Below, one piece after another: positions 18,486 to 26,735 of a DNA stretch of 64,000 nucleotides. This stretch comes from a virus, in IMG/VR virus record IMGVR_UViG_3300032820_000001, positions 32,001 to 96,000 of that record; one strand, 5' to 3'. Below the pieces are notes generated by a model. That model was not told where the DNA came from. It did no database searches and worked only from the letters and a program-made list of their open reading frames with translations. The position numbers and the translations under genes were made by a program. Each line of letters begins with the position of its first letter. Position 1 is the stretch's first letter.

Positions 18486-19469
18486 TTAACCCTCTACTGA
18501 GTATCGTTTCATGAGTGAATAAAGTGTATCCCAATTACCTGCGCCGAAGCCGTCCTTGATCATCATCGTCACAACCTCAGTCTTATTAAAAGACATATCC
18601 ATCTCCTCAATGGCGCTGCGGATATACGCAAGGCTCTGGAAGGGGATGTTGGGTGAAGATAATTGCATCATATTATAATTCGTCAGGACTAGATCTTTGC
18701 TCTCTAATATCTTATCATATATTTTTGGCTTGCCAAGGTTTTTCTCACATTCCTCGAAAACATCTTGGAGCATGTACTCTTTGTTCTCCTTCAGGAAAGG
18801 GAACCGCTTGGCCACAGTCTTGAGGCCGACGCCTTCCACCCCTTTCAGGTTGTCGGACTTATCTCCCTCAAGAGCACGAGCAATGACGAAATTTATTGGG
18901 TGAATATTGTAGGTCTCAAGGAGATCTTTTTCTCGAACGACCTCTTTCTTTCCTTTTTCCCTCGGACGCCAGATGACAGTCTTATTGGTATCGCCATCGG
19001 CACCAACGCATTGGTAAAAATCTTTGTCGCTAGAAAGGATGATCTTCAGCCAATCATCAAAGTTCCCCATCTGATTTACATAGGAGATGATGTCGTCTGC
19101 CTCACACCCATCAACTCGGATCTGATGGATAGGCATTGAATTTATATAGTCGATGGTTCGTTCATATTGCCAAGAACGGTTCGCCATCTCTTGTTCTTCG
19201 GTGAGAAGATCGCGGACCATTCGATTAAGCCGCACTGGTTTGCGGCCTGCTTTATACTCTTTGACAATTTTTCTTTTGCGGATGCTGCCACCTTCGCCAT
19301 CCCAGATAACAACAATCTTGTCGGGCTTGACTTCCCTCGCAACTTTCTGTAAAGACGCTAGGAAACCTTTGCAGCCACCAATGGGATCACCGTTGGTGGA
19401 GATGCTAGGGTTAGCATTATAATTCCTCATGTAGATGTTTAAACCATCTACAATCAATAATCTTTTCAT
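18486..19469 (-). CDS. 5'-3' exonuclease / flap endonuclease (PolI 5' nuclease, T4 RNase H-like)
   Basis: LLIVDG, WDG, YKAGR, EADD, SSDKDF, GDKSDNLKGVEGVGLKT. Confidence 0.93.
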   Translation of the reverse strand: MKRLLIVDGLNIYMRNYNANPSISTNGDPIGGCKGFLASLQKVAREVKPDKIVVIWDGEGGSIRKRKIVKEYKAGRKPVRLNRMVRDLLTEEQEMANRSWQYERTIDYINSMPIHQIRVDGCEADDIISYVNQMGNFDDWLKIILSSDKDFYQCVGADGDTNKTVIWRPREKGKKEVVREKDLLETYNIHPINFVIARALEGDKSDNLKGVEGVGLKTVAKRFPFLKENKEYMLQDVFEECEKNLGKPKIYDKILESKDLVLTNYNMMQLSSPNIPFQSLAYIRSAIEEMDMSFNKTEVVTMMIKDGFGAGNWDTLYSLMKRYSVEG

Positions 19470-19480
19470 GTGGACCTCCT

Positions 19481-20617
19481 CTACTGTGCTTCGTCAGCAT
19501 CGAGGTCATAAAAATCAGAGGCAGTCCCGTCGCGGTTGGCGAACTTCAAGACAACTTCTTTTTCGAAGATGTCCATAGCGGTGGCGCGGAAGGTCTCATC
19601 CTGCATTTTATCGAGCCACATCTTTGACTGAAACTTTTCTTCTTTGCCATCTGAGTGGACAAGAGTGTACCACGCACCTGCGTTCTTAACTCGATCCGAT
19701 CCTTTGATGGCCTCGAAAATTCCTTCGTCATTCTGAATTCTTACTTCGTCTCCCCACAAAATCTTGAAGAAGCACTCACGGCCGTCAGAGCCAAAGCGAG
19801 ACTTTTTAATCTTTGCCTTTACTTCGGAGCCGATGCGAAAGCCATTCTCATCTAGAATATAAGATGCCTTGGACTTGCGGCCTGTGAGGTAGATACGCAG
19901 GGATGCTGCGTATTGCATGCTCTTTCCTCCGGGGGTGACAAACGGATCAATCATCGCTGAGACATGATCTCCGGGGCGGGGGATGTTTGTTTTTAATTGG
20001 TTCAACACCAGGAAGGTGCTGTTGGTCTCATTCAATGGGATGGTAAGCTTCTGCATCGCTTTGGAGAGGATACGAGCTTTAAGTGCCATTGTCTCTTGCG
20101 GATTGAACGTGCCTGAATTATCAGATTCCGTCGGCGTGTTTGCAAGACTATCCCATATAAATAAGACGTTTTCGTTTCCTTCGGTGAGGACTGTCTCGAT
20201 GGTCTCAAGCATGTTCTCGACGGAAGTAGGCGTAACTCTTAGGAAATTCTCTTCATCTACTCCCGCTTTTCTTAGGAACTCAAAGTCCATGGCAGCTTCC
20301 GAATCGAAGTAGATAACGCTGATTCCTTTAGTTGTGGCGTTGGCTGCAACCTGTGCAGCCATGTAAGACTTGCCGGATGCTTCAAGCCCAGCAATTTCTG
20401 TAATTCTGCCAACGGGAATGCCAGCCACTTTGCCTCGGCAAATGATGCCGTCCAGCCATGTGCAGCCCGTTGGGATCCAATCTGACACTTCGGAAGGGTT
20501 GGTGTCCGTCATCGTGTGGGCAACAGTCATACCCATCCTCTTGTTAAGAACCGTTGCGATTCCTTTGACGCCAAGTTTCCCCGGCTTTGATTTGATGTGT
20601 TTTAAATTTGTTGCCAC
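19481..20617 (-). CDS. recA: RecA/UvsX recombinase
   Basis: GRITEIAGLEASGKS, YFDSE, WDS, LNQL, TPGGK, KIKKSR, AGAWY. Confidence 0.93.
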   Translation of the reverse strand: MATNLKHIKSKPGKLGVKGIATVLNKRMGMTVAHTMTDTNPSEVSDWIPTGCTWLDGIICRGKVAGIPVGRITEIAGLEASGKSYMAAQVAANATTKGISVIYFDSEAAMDFEFLRKAGVDEENFLRVTPTSVENMLETIETVLTEGNENVLFIWDSLANTPTESDNSGTFNPQETMALKARILSKAMQKLTIPLNETNSTFLVLNQLKTNIPRPGDHVSAMIDPFVTPGGKSMQYAASLRIYLTGRKSKASYILDENGFRIGSEVKAKIKKSRFGSDGRECFFKILWGDEVRIQNDEGIFEAIKGSDRVKNAGAWYTLVHSDGKEEKFQSKMWLDKMQDETFRATAMDIFEKEVVLKFANRDGTASDFYDLDADEAQ

Positions 20618-20640
20618 TGATTTACCTCATGTTTGAAAGA

Positions 20641-20716
<76 letters not shown>

Positions 20717-20811
20717 AAAAAAGGTGGGCAGTTCCCTTTGCCGACTTGCTGCCCGTCAAGTGCGTGAGGAATATGTACACGCGCCCGGTTGAGGCAAAGG
20801 GAAGAAATTAA

Positions 20812-21567
20812 TTAAGCATTCAATAAGTCATTAAATGACTTGTCAACACTTGACGCATTATCCTTCGAAGTATACTTCGCGGTTTCAGAAGAGTCTCCTT
20901 CCGCCGTTTCATCGGAGGTGAGATACTCATCCAAGAACCCCTGAACATCAGACGTACTCTTCTTCTCGAAAAGAGAATCGATATCTGGAATGCTGTCCAA
21001 GATTTCCTTGCAAGCTTCGGGTGTTGCTTCGACGCAAACCGTAGAGGTAGAGCGTTTTGGCGTCAACTTCGTCTGCGGGAATGATTGACCTGCGGCCTTA
21101 CCGTAGTGAAGGTCAAGGTCAGTTCCTGCTTCGATGTCAGTGATGTCGCCATACTCAGGGTTCAACACAAGGTTAAGCAAGGTTTCATAAGCCATCTTGC
21201 CATAGCCCCAAATTTTCACACCCAAGTTTTCTTCGCCACGAACCAATACGGGTGAGAAGAATCGCTGCCGAGCGGTAAGCTCTTTGGCCATCTTCACACT
21301 GTCGTCATCGCCTTCTTTATAAAGCTTTCGGGCGAAGTCACAAACTGGGCACTCATCGCCAAAGTTTTTCTTTGGACACAAGAAGCCAGAATTGCTGCCG
21401 ACATTGTAGTGGAAATGGTAATCCTTAAAGGGATCGCCGTCTTTGGTTGTTATAATGCGAATCGTTTGGTTCCCATCCGAAGGTCGCCAGAAGGCACTAG
21501 ACCCATTGCTTCCCTTGGATTGAAGTTTGGTCAAACGGTCTCGCATTTTGCTCATATCAATTGTCAT
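20812..21567 (-). CDS. single-stranded DNA-binding protein (gp32-like)
   Basis: FWRP...IRII, HYN, CPKKNFGDECPVC, WGYGK, YGDITD...GTDL, acidic tail; start at MTIDM (AGGAG SD). Confidence 0.85.
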   Translation of the reverse strand: MTIDMSKMRDRLTKLQSKGSNGSSAFWRPSDGNQTIRIITTKDGDPFKDYHFHYNVGSNSGFLCPKKNFGDECPVCDFARKLYKEGDDDSVKMAKELTARQRFFSPVLVRGEENLGVKIWGYGKMAYETLLNLVLNPEYGDITDIEAGTDLDLHYGKAAGQSFPQTKLTPKRSTSTVCVEATPEACKEILDSIPDIDSLFEKKSTSDVQGFLDEYLTSDETAEGDSSETAKYTSKDNASSVDKSFNDLLNA

Positions 21568-21625
21568 ATTTTTTTCTCCTGTTAAAGTCACTAGGGCAAA
21601 TCTCCCCTAAGTGCTGGTTTTTATT

Positions 21626-21654
21626 ATTATACCACAGATCATCTGTGCTGTCAA
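21626..21654 (-). promoter_or_regulatory. consensus sigma70 promoter for ssb with palindromic spacer
   Basis: TTGACA-N17-TATAAT; spacer contains CACAGAT-G-ATCTGTG. Confidence 0.85.
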
Positions 21655-21659
21655 GCACT

Positions 21660-22496
21660 TTAATCTCGCTTTTGTATCATCACTGAAGATTGTACACAAA
21701 AGACGTGTGGCTCCTCGTATGTGGTGGCGTACACCCTATATGAAGTTCGTTGTTCTCCCTCTCGGTGGGAGTCTATTTTCTCTTTCAGTTGTGAAAGTAA
21801 TTTATTATCATTCCTCAATTCATTCTCATTGATCCCGCAATAATACATACGCTCTCGAATATTATCTAAATCAAAAAAGTTCTTTTCATCTTTAGTATCT
21901 AAGGATACCATGCTGATGGTGGCGATTCGCGAGTAGTGAATTCCTTCAGAGTCCACGCTGAGAACAGGTTGCGAATGTTCGAAGTAATTTATGAGGTTTA
22001 GTGGGGAAACGATGTGCTGGTGAAAATTATCTTCGTAGCCAATGATCGGAACATCCCCCATCGCGGCCTGAATGTTTTCGGCACTAAAAAGCATAAGCTG
22101 GTGGATCACTCCAGACCGAGCATACTCCTGCAGAACATTGAAGACTAAATTCTCCTGAAGTTTTGATACTTCATTGAGAGAGGTTAGATCTGGCTGGATG
22201 TATACCACCGTACAGGCCCAAGGTCTTGTCTGTTCCAAAATCCTAAGAGTTGTCGCAGAAATAAGTTCTCCTCCGTTAACAAGAAAGATGCTCCTTCCCT
22301 TCAATTCCTTAAAAAAGTATTTCATGGAAGGGCAATTCTTCTCGTATTTTTCGGGGTGATCTTCTTTTTTGATCCCGCGAGTTCTCTTGGATTTTTCCAA
22401 ACCAACATTGATTTTGTAGACATCATAATTGTCGTGCTTGGCAAACTCATCTGCCAAGCGGCAACCCATGTCGCCTAGTCCAATAATGTTAATCAT
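21660..22496 (-). CDS. divergent tubulin/FtsZ-like protein
   Basis: N-terminal IIGLGDMGCRLADEF and FtsZ-like spacing; GGGTGSG loop degenerate (NGGELISA). Confidence 0.55.
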   Translation of the reverse strand: MINIIGLGDMGCRLADEFAKHDNYDVYKINVGLEKSKRTRGIKKEDHPEKYEKNCPSMKYFFKELKGRSIFLVNGGELISATTLRILEQTRPWACTVVYIQPDLTSLNEVSKLQENLVFNVLQEYARSGVIHQLMLFSAENIQAAMGDVPIIGYEDNFHQHIVSPLNLINYFEHSQPVLSVDSEGIHYSRIATISMVSLDTKDEKNFFDLDNIRERMYYCGINENELRNDNKLLSQLKEKIDSHREGEQRTSYRVYATTYEEPHVFCVQSSVMIQKRD

Positions 22497-22528
22497 GTGA
22501 TCTCCTTGGGTATAAGGTGCCCCTGCAC

Positions 22529-24217
22529 CTACATAACCTTCCGGGCAGCCACGGCCAAGTTTCTGGCATATCTCTGCTTTGCCTTTTTGAAGGCTCTTCG
22601 AAGATCATCATCGTGAGACATTTCCAGTTCCGTGAGAGCCAGTGCTGCCATGGTGATATGCACCGCTGACTTGACATCCTTCGAGGCTGTTTTGCTAAAA
22701 ATCGTCTGTGAGATAAAATCATTCTCTGAGTTATAAGTTATTTCAATGCGATCCGGTGCTTCGGCCGGGGTGTTTAGCTTAAAAATCAAATCGTCTGGAT
22801 CGGACTCGAACTCAAAAGATTTTGTCGCAATTGTCCACTCATAACCATAATCCGCACAAGACTTCGGCTTTCGGGGGGTCTTATCCTTTCCTCGGCCCTG
22901 TGGAGCAGGTCGTGTAGTCCTTCCACTTTCATCTATTTTCTTGCGCGTTTGAGGATCCAATGCAAATCTTTCGGAATTTTCAGACAATTTCGTATCAAGC
23001 TCCCTAATAAGATCAGCCTCTCGTTCGGCAGCTCTGATTCGGGCTCTCTTTCGAACGTGAGCCAATGGCAGCTTGCACAGATCCTTCAGGGCGCGAACAA
23101 GGGACTGGTCCATCTCTGGTCGAGCCTTTTGCACGTTGTAACTTACGAGGCTTGTTTTGTTGGGGATTAACAAGTCCACATAAAAGCCCGTAAAAACATC
23201 ATTTTTTCCCCACACTCCAAAAGTTTGGGGATCGTACATATTCATCAACCTGCGGTTTTTAAAAAGTCTAACCCCTTGGCCGCGTGTCTTTTGACCACCG
23301 GTTTTGCCACGGCCCGGTGGGCTGAAATAAGTGACCTTTACTCTAACTTGTTCCTCTCCCACCTTCAAAGTAATAAATTCGCCCTTTTTCCAAGTAGTTT
23401 CCTCATATCCTTCCGAAGCAGGGTTAAGATCCTGTAAAGTGACTGGTCTTACTTCTCTTGAGAAAGGTTCATTCTTCCCGTTATAATTTACAGTAAAAGT
23501 AAGATCGCCATGGCTGGCTGGCGTGGAGATCATCTTGGAAAAAATAGTACCCAATGGCGCAAAAAGTGATGTGGCCCAACTTTTGGCGTTACAAGACTTC
23601 TTAACTTTAGATAAATTTGAAATAGAGATGATGGTGCCTGTAAAAGTATCGACATTTCCGCCAGAAATACCGCCAAGAGCAACTATAATTTCCTCGGATA
23701 ATTGATTTGCTACTTCTGAATATTCGTTAGGCGGGGTTGCCCAAAATGCCAAGTCGTTGGCTTCGCGAAGTAGATCGCACGAAATATGACCAAGGACATA
23801 GCGGCCCTTTTGGGCACTCAAAACTGTCAAAGAATCTCCCAAACTGAGGGATGCGGCTTTCATGCCAAGTCCAAATTCTCCAAGAGCCTTTTCATTTCCA
23901 AAGTCCCTCTCTCGCTCTGTGCCGAGGCGCATTGCTTCGCAGAGTTCGCCCGAAGTCATCCCTGATCCGTTGTCTGCAATGGTGATAGTGGCGTCCTTGA
24001 GATACTTAGAGCCGTCTTGGGGGTGGATAGCAACCTCAATTACGGAAGCTCCTGCTTCGATTGCATTATCGCATATATCTGCAGTTGCCTCTTCGGGCTT
24101 GTATCCGATAGAAGCAATCGCAGTTTGGAGCGTGATTGGGTTATAAGCCTCTCTGCCGCTATATATTACAGCGTTGTTTGGCTTGTTTGATTTATTTGTA
24201 GGGGGTGTGTGTTGCAT
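22529..24217 (-). CDS. MORC-type GHKL ATPase
   Basis: ADICDNAIEAGA, ITIADNGSGM, LGEFGLGMKAASL, downstream S5-like region (GVRLFKNRRL). Confidence 0.85.
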   Translation of the reverse strand: MQHTPPTNKSNKPNNAVIYSGREAYNPITLQTAIASIGYKPEEATADICDNAIEAGASVIEVAIHPQDGSKYLKDATITIADNGSGMTSGELCEAMRLGTERERDFGNEKALGEFGLGMKAASLSLGDSLTVLSAQKGRYVLGHISCDLLREANDLAFWATPPNEYSEVANQLSEEIIVALGGISGGNVDTFTGTIISISNLSKVKKSCNAKSWATSLFAPLGTIFSKMISTPASHGDLTFTVNYNGKNEPFSREVRPVTLQDLNPASEGYEETTWKKGEFITLKVGEEQVRVKVTYFSPPGRGKTGGQKTRGQGVRLFKNRRLMNMYDPQTFGVWGKNDVFTGFYVDLLIPNKTSLVSYNVQKARPEMDQSLVRALKDLCKLPLAHVRKRARIRAAEREADLIRELDTKLSENSERFALDPQTRKKIDESGRTTRPAPQGRGKDKTPRKPKSCADYGYEWTIATKSFEFESDPDDLIFKLNTPAEAPDRIEITYNSENDFISQTIFSKTASKDVKSAVHITMAALALTELEMSHDDDLRRAFKKAKQRYARNLAVAARKVM

Positions 24218-24289
24218 GATTTTCTACCTTCCTGTTCGCAGTGTGATGAATTTCACAATGCAGTGGTTATAATCAACTCAACTTGTATT

Positions 24290-24318
24290 ATTATACCACG
24301 GATCACTTTGCGTGTCAA
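24290..24318 (-). promoter_or_regulatory. consensus sigma70 promoter for the MORC ATPase gene
   Basis: TTGACA-N17-TATAAT; -35 overlaps the polA TGA. Confidence 0.85.
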
Positions 24319-25523
24319 GCTTTTATTCTCTGCAGATCTCCAAAATTTTTCCCAACCGACAAGGAGGCCATAAATTTCCCCATCTTCGTATTGGAAAAAA
24401 TCTCCAAAATCTCTTTGATTTCATACCTTTCCTCGTCCAGCAAATCAATCACCACCGAATCGTGGAGACAAAATTTAATGAAACTTTTTTTATCTTTCAG
24501 TAGATCTCTTAGCGCCAGCATACGATCAAATACGAGATCAGCTGTTGTACTCTGAACCAGATAATTGAGTGCATGGTGATCGTCGGCCTCAAGTTTTCGG
24601 CCAAATGGTGTAGTCACGATCCCAGCTTTGGGATCATAAAACTTACTTAGAACCTTTTCTTTTTCGTACAGCCGCGAAAGTTCTTCGCCAATATCGGATG
24701 TCTTCGATCCATACAGCCACGATATTACGGACTTTTTCGCTTCTTCTCTTGATGTATTTAGAACGTCCGAGTTCCATTTGTGAATATCCTCTTCTGGTTG
24801 TTCCTTTCCTGCGAGGGCAAGAAGGGTGCGAAGTTCTGCAGCGTTATAATCCAATTCCACAATCCAGTCATTCGTTGGTTGTACTATGCAACGAAAATCC
24901 TTATCCAAATTAAGTATGGGGAAGGATCCCTTTTTCACCGAAAGTCTGCCTGTCTTTGTTTTGAAGGCATCATAAGATACAAAGTCTGCCTTGCGTCCTT
25001 GGTTTAGATCCCGAACAAAGTCCCTCGCTCTTTTGTTGTGAATTTTTCGTTGTAAGGGGGAGACATTGAGCTCTATTTTCTTGTCTTCTATCTCCAGCAG
25101 CATCTCGCTTAGGCTTCGCATGAAGTCATAATTTTGGGGTTTTTCTTGGGTGCTAAAAACATGTTTTATTATTTCTGTTTTGAGGTCACAATACCTCAAT
25201 AGATATTGTCTGGGGATCAAATCAAAGATGCAATTATCGAAGAGGTTTACTTTGGCCTCTTTGAATGAATTGCGATAAGCTTCCATTCTTTTCATTATTG
25301 CCGCCCACTCTTCCTTAATATGCGGGGGACACATCTCAGTGAGGTTCTTTCCTCCCGCATAAAAATATGCGAACTCTGCATCGGTGGCATCGATTGAGTG
25401 CAGCGATGGCGTTGGACGCCAAGTGTGGGTGAGGTCGCCTGGAATATTATCGAAGTGTAATTCGCCATCGCAGAACACACCAACGCACTCCTTCTTATCG
25501 TCAAGAGTGGCAAAATATGTCAT
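24315..25523 (-). CDS. minimal family A DNA polymerase (polymerase domain only)
   Basis: TGRLS, motif A LDYNAAELR, motif B REEAK...LYG, TPFGRK, NYLVQSTTAD, motif C LHDS. Confidence 0.85.
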   Translation of the reverse strand: MTYFATLDDKKECVGVFCDGELHFDNIPGDLTHTWRPTPSLHSIDATDAEFAYFYAGGKNLTEMCPPHIKEEWAAIMKRMEAYRNSFKEAKVNLFDNCIFDLIPRQYLLRYCDLKTEIIKHVFSTQEKPQNYDFMRSLSEMLLEIEDKKIELNVSPLQRKIHNKRARDFVRDLNQGRKADFVSYDAFKTKTGRLSVKKGSFPILNLDKDFRCIVQPTNDWIVELDYNAAELRTLLALAGKEQPEEDIHKWNSDVLNTSREEAKKSVISWLYGSKTSDIGEELSRLYEKEKVLSKFYDPKAGIVTTPFGRKLEADDHHALNYLVQSTTADLVFDRMLALRDLLKDKKSFIKFCLHDSVVIDLLDEERYEIKEILEIFSNTKMGKFMASLSVGKNFGDLQRIKA

Positions 25524-25535
25524 AAGTCCTCTTTT

Positions 25536-26735
25536 TTAAAAGCGAAAACGGGGGGATCTCTTGTTGGTGGAAACCGTTAAGGGATCAAACTTACTATTAA
25601 TATAACCTAATGCGCTCTCAATGTCAAGGTATTTGTTGAGGGAAATTGATTCTTTTACAATATCGTCAAATTGTTCCTGCGAGATTGCGGAGTTTATTTC
25701 CACTCCCTTGATGAAAGCATAAATGCGGAGCCACGTCGGGTACCCCATCATCGAAATCATTTCATCCAGGCTGTCAAAGTGGTTGGGATTGTAAACTTCG
25801 CGGGGCTTGAGGGAATAGGAGGTTTTGCCATTCGAGTGGCAGATGGTGGCAGTTGTGCTGCCCGGTGGGAAAATTTCATAATAAAGCATATTAATCATTT
25901 TCACAATTTCATAGAACTCTGCTTGCAGGGGGTTGAAATATAATTTGTTAAACATATCCTGAGAATTTAGGTATCCTCTCTTCTGCATATATTCTTTTGT
26001 TGCCTCCGAAGAAAGGTTGACCACAAATCGCCATGGCGCGTGGCGATCCAAAATGAATCCGTGGTTCTGGGCCAGTTGAAAGAAGTGGGAAAAGTTGGGG
26101 TCTTCAAAATATTGAGAGCAGCTAATATAATCATCTCCGTATTGTTCATTGTTGATATCGAATGCGAGACCAGTGGCGAAGATATCATTGTGGCTGGACA
26201 AAGTATATCTTCCGAATGTGAGTGGAAAGGTTGGATTAAGTTCTGTAGCAAATTCCAGGAAAACTAAGAGAAAGTCTCGAAAGCTTTTAATCTTATTAAA
26301 GCTTTGCGGAGAGTCTACTTTTCTCTCTTTAAATTTCTTTTTAACCTTGGCAAGATATGCAATGTATTCGCTCTTCCAAGTTGTGTCAGATCGCGATGTG
26401 AGGCCAAGGCCAGCGAAGGGGCCAGAAGAGCGCATGGCTCGGCTTTCAACTCGCTTAAGCAGTGCAGCTGAGAAATCTTCTAGGGCGTCTGCGACGAAAT
26501 CGAAAGTGTTGACCGTTCCTTGGAATGGCGTCATGAGGGACAGGTGTGGTACCGCAATTTTAAGATCCAAGTTCACCTTCCCATATAGAGTCTTCTTGCG
26601 AAGATCTATTAAAGACAGGTTAGGGTTATCATCTACGACGCCAGTTGCATATTTTTCATAGTGTTTCCTCTGAACATATGTATACTTAGCATTAAGTTGA
26701 TTGTTTCCTTTTGGTTTAATTTGGGGCATCATCAC
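25536..26735 (-). CDS. hypothetical protein (virion module)
   Basis: 399-aa ORF coupled to the baseplate hub gene. Confidence 0.75.
   Translation of the reverse strand: MMMPQIKPKGNNQLNAKYTYVQRKHYEKYATGVVDDNPNLSLIDLRKKTLYGKVNLDLKIAVPHLSLMTPFQGTVNTFDFVADALEDFSAALLKRVESRAMRSSGPFAGLGLTSRSDTTWKSEYIAYLAKVKKKFKERKVDSPQSFNKIKSFRDFLLVFLEFATELNPTFPLTFGRYTLSSHNDIFATGLAFDINNEQYGDDYISCSQYFEDPNFSHFFQLAQNHGFILDRHAPWRFVVNLSSEATKEYMQKRGYLNSQDMFNKLYFNPLQAEFYEIVKMINMLYYEIFPPGSTTATICHSNGKTSYSLKPREVYNPNHFDSLDEMISMMGYPTWLRIYAFIKGVEINSAISQEQFDDIVKESISLNKYLDIESALGYINSKFDPLTVSTNKRSPRFRF

Noticed and set aside
8458-20617. Inteins or introns in dnaE, nrdJ, helicase or recA
   Set aside because: Lengths are ordinary, motifs are contiguous, and no intein terminal or homing endonuclease signatures are visible.
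20717-20754. Hairpin upstream of the tRNA as an intrinsic terminator
   Set aside because: A 6-bp stem with a 17-nt loop is weak, and it may instead be a tRNA leader or processing element.
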